Positions 62,160-64,000 of a stretch of 64,000 nucleotides of DNA are shown here, piece after piece. Positions within the stretch are counted from its first letter, which is position 1. Every line of letters begins with the position of its first letter. The stretch spans positions 480,001-544,000 of the forward strand of contig CBDHDG010000005.1 in NCBI GenBank assembly GCA_965261595.1, written 5' to 3'. Origin of the DNA: a bacterium (GTDB taxonomy: Bacteria; UBA8248; JACPRG01; G963555815). The position numbers and the translations under genes are program-made. Under the pieces are notes generated by a model, which was given only the letters and a program-made list of their open reading frames with translations, did no database searches and was not told the DNA's origin.

Positions 62160-63104
62160 TCACGCCTCATGGTCCGGCTCTCCCATCCGGTGAATCTCCA
62201 GCTCCAGCTCGGTCCCGATCCGGCGCCGGATCTCGAGGACCAGCCGCTCCACGTCCCGGGCCGTGGCCTGGCCGTGGTTCACGATGAAGTTTGCGTGGAC
62301 GGTGGAGATTTCCGCGTCTCCCGCCTTGAGACCTTTGAGGCCCGCCTCCTGGATCTGGCGGCCGATCGATTCACCGGGCGGGTTTTTGAAGACCGACCCG
62401 GCGCTCGACTGGTGCAGGGGCTGCGTCTTCCGCCGCTCCCGCACGCGGTTTCGGATGTCGGCGAGCGCCTCCTTGCGCGGCCGGTTTACGCACCGGAAGG
62501 ATCCGCCCACGACAGCGCCCGCGACAGGGTAGGCCGTCCGCCGGTATCGGAACCCGATTTTCTCTCCCGGCACCAGCCAGAACCGGCCCTCGCCGTCCAC
62601 CAGCTCGACGGACTCGACCACGTCGCCGATGAACTCCGTCGTTGTCCCGCTGTTCATGATGAGCGCGCCCCCCACGGTGCCCGGGACGCCCGCGAGGAAT
62701 TCCAGACCCCCCAGGTCGGCTTGGGCCGTCTTGCGGAGCAGGTCACCGATTTGGGCGCCGGCGCCGGCGGAAACCACCCCCCCGGCGTTTGTGCGCGACG
62801 TGACCTTCACCTCGTCGAACCCCTTGCCGAGCGTCACGACAATCCCCCGGAACCCCCGGTCGGAAACCAGGAGATTGGTCCCCCCGCCCACCACGCGGAT
62901 GGGAATGCGCTCGGCGTTTCCACGGGCCAGGATCTCCTGAAGGGCGTCCAGGTCCTCCGGCTCGACCAAGGCGTCGGCTCTCCCGCCGATGCGGTAGGAC
63001 GTCCGGTCCCGCATGGGCGCATCCACGCGGACGCGGGCTTTGACGTTGTTCAACCAGCTCAACCAGGTTTCCCGATCCATGAGGTTCTCAAGCCGCCTCG
63101 CCAC
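62160..63104 (-). CDS. murB: UDP-N-acetylenolpyruvoylglucosamine reductase
   Basis: RIGGRA, GGGTNLL, PGTVGGA, SAGSVFKNP, HANFIVN; start may be 63080. Confidence 0.95.
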   Translation of the reverse strand: MARRLENLMDRETWLSWLNNVKARVRVDAPMRDRTSYRIGGRADALVEPEDLDALQEILARGNAERIPIRVVGGGTNLLVSDRGFRGIVVTLGKGFDEVKVTSRTNAGGVVSAGAGAQIGDLLRKTAQADLGGLEFLAGVPGTVGGALIMNSGTTTEFIGDVVESVELVDGEGRFWLVPGEKIGFRYRRTAYPVAGAVVGGSFRCVNRPRKEALADIRNRVRERRKTQPLHQSSAGSVFKNPPGESIGRQIQEAGLKGLKAGDAEISTVHANFIVNHGQATARDVERLVLEIRRRIGTELELEIHRMGEPDHEA

Positions 63105-64000
63105 CCGCCGCGGACGGGCGGTCTCGCTGTCCGGATTCTCCGCCGGAACGCTTCCCCCCCCCGCCCCCCCTCCCCCGCCCGGCGGCGGGGGCCTCTTGAA
63201 GCCGCTTCACGAAAGCGGGGGCCGCCTTCCAGATGTCCCCGGCGCCCAGGGTGATGAGGAGATCGCCCGCCCGGACGCAATCCATGAGAAAGCCCTGGGC
63301 CTCCTCCAACCCGTCGACGCTGTCCGCCTCCACCGTCTTCCGGGCGCGAACGCCCTCGAGGATCCGGCCGGCGTTGACGTGGGGGATGGGCTTCTCGCCC
63401 GCCGGGTAGATGGGCAGGATCCCCAGCCGGTCGGCCTGATCGAACGCGTCGAAGAATTCCTCCAGGATGTCCCGCGTCCGGCTGTACCGGTGGGGCTGGA
63501 ACAGCACGACGATCCTCCGATTCGGCCAGGCCTCCCGGGCGGCCGACAGGACGGCGCGGATCTCCTTGGGGTGATGGCCGTAGTCGTCCACCACGGTGAC
63601 GCCGTTCACCTCGCCGATTTGCTCGAATCGGCGGTGGATGCCGCTGAATTCCTCCAGGGCTTTGCCGATCGGCCCGGCGCCGATGCCGAGCTCGGTCGCG
63701 ACCGCAACGGCCGCCATGGCGTTGGAAACGTTGTGCGAGCCCCGCAATCGGATGTTCATGCGGCCTATCCGCCGGTCCCCCTGAAAGGCCGTAAAGGTCA
63801 TGCCGTCGGGGACGGGCTCGACGTCGCGGGCCGTGTAGTCGGCGCCCTCCTCGAGGCCGTACGTCACCGACTTGCGCTCGATCTCGGGGATCATGTTCCG
63901 GATGTGTTCGTCGTCGGCGCAGAGCAGGGAGAATCCGTAAAAGGGGACCTTGTTGACGAACTCCCGGAACGCCTCCCGGATGGCGTCGAACGTTCCGTAG
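63088..64000 (-). CDS. murC: UDP-N-acetylmuramate--L-alanine ligase (5' partial)
   Basis: GIHRRF, DDYGHHP, FQPHRYSRT, LGAGDI. Confidence 0.96.
   Translation of the reverse strand, partial: YGTFDAIREAFREFVNKVPFYGFSLLCADDEHIRNMIPEIERKSVTYGLEEGADYTARDVEPVPDGMTFTAFQGDRRIGRMNIRLRGSHNVSNAMAAVAVATELGIGAGPIGKALEEFSGIHRRFEQIGEVNGVTVVDDYGHHPKEIRAVLSAAREAWPNRRIVVLFQPHRYSRTRDILEEFFDAFDQADRLGILPIYPAGEKPIPHVNAGRILEGVRARKTVEADSVDGLEEAQGFLMDCVRAGDLLITLGAGDIWKAAPAFVKRLQEAPAAGRGRGGGGGKRSGGESGQRDRPSAAGGEAA

Overview
High-GC bacterial chromosomal window. Many frameshifts sit in homopolymer runs, so some apparent pseudogenes may be long-read assembly errors. Core genes: two xanthine-dehydrogenase-family Mo-hydroxylase clusters, amidohydrolases, hisC, trpE with a sigma70 promoter and Trp-Trp leader-peptide attenuator, SDRs, an atypical UbiD, and the end of the dcw cluster (murC-murB-ftsQ-ftsA-ftsZ). 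Accessory DNA: an integrase remnant at the broken 3' end of tenA, three IS3-family elements, one IS256, and two nested IS1595-family transposons carrying a DUF433/PIN toxin-antitoxin pair. Most notable: (1) a GIY-YIG nuclease gene bracketed by inverted TGTCATTCC...GGAATC hairpins that recur elsewhere in the window as gene-less pairs, like the RAYT/REP system but with a different enzyme; (2) a peroxiredoxin missed by the ORF track, with UGA at the catalytic site and a SECIS-like hairpin, plus a SenA-like gene and an XdhD-like cluster; (3) a membrane hydrolase fused to repeated DNA-binding modules. No rRNA, tRNA or CRISPR array was seen.
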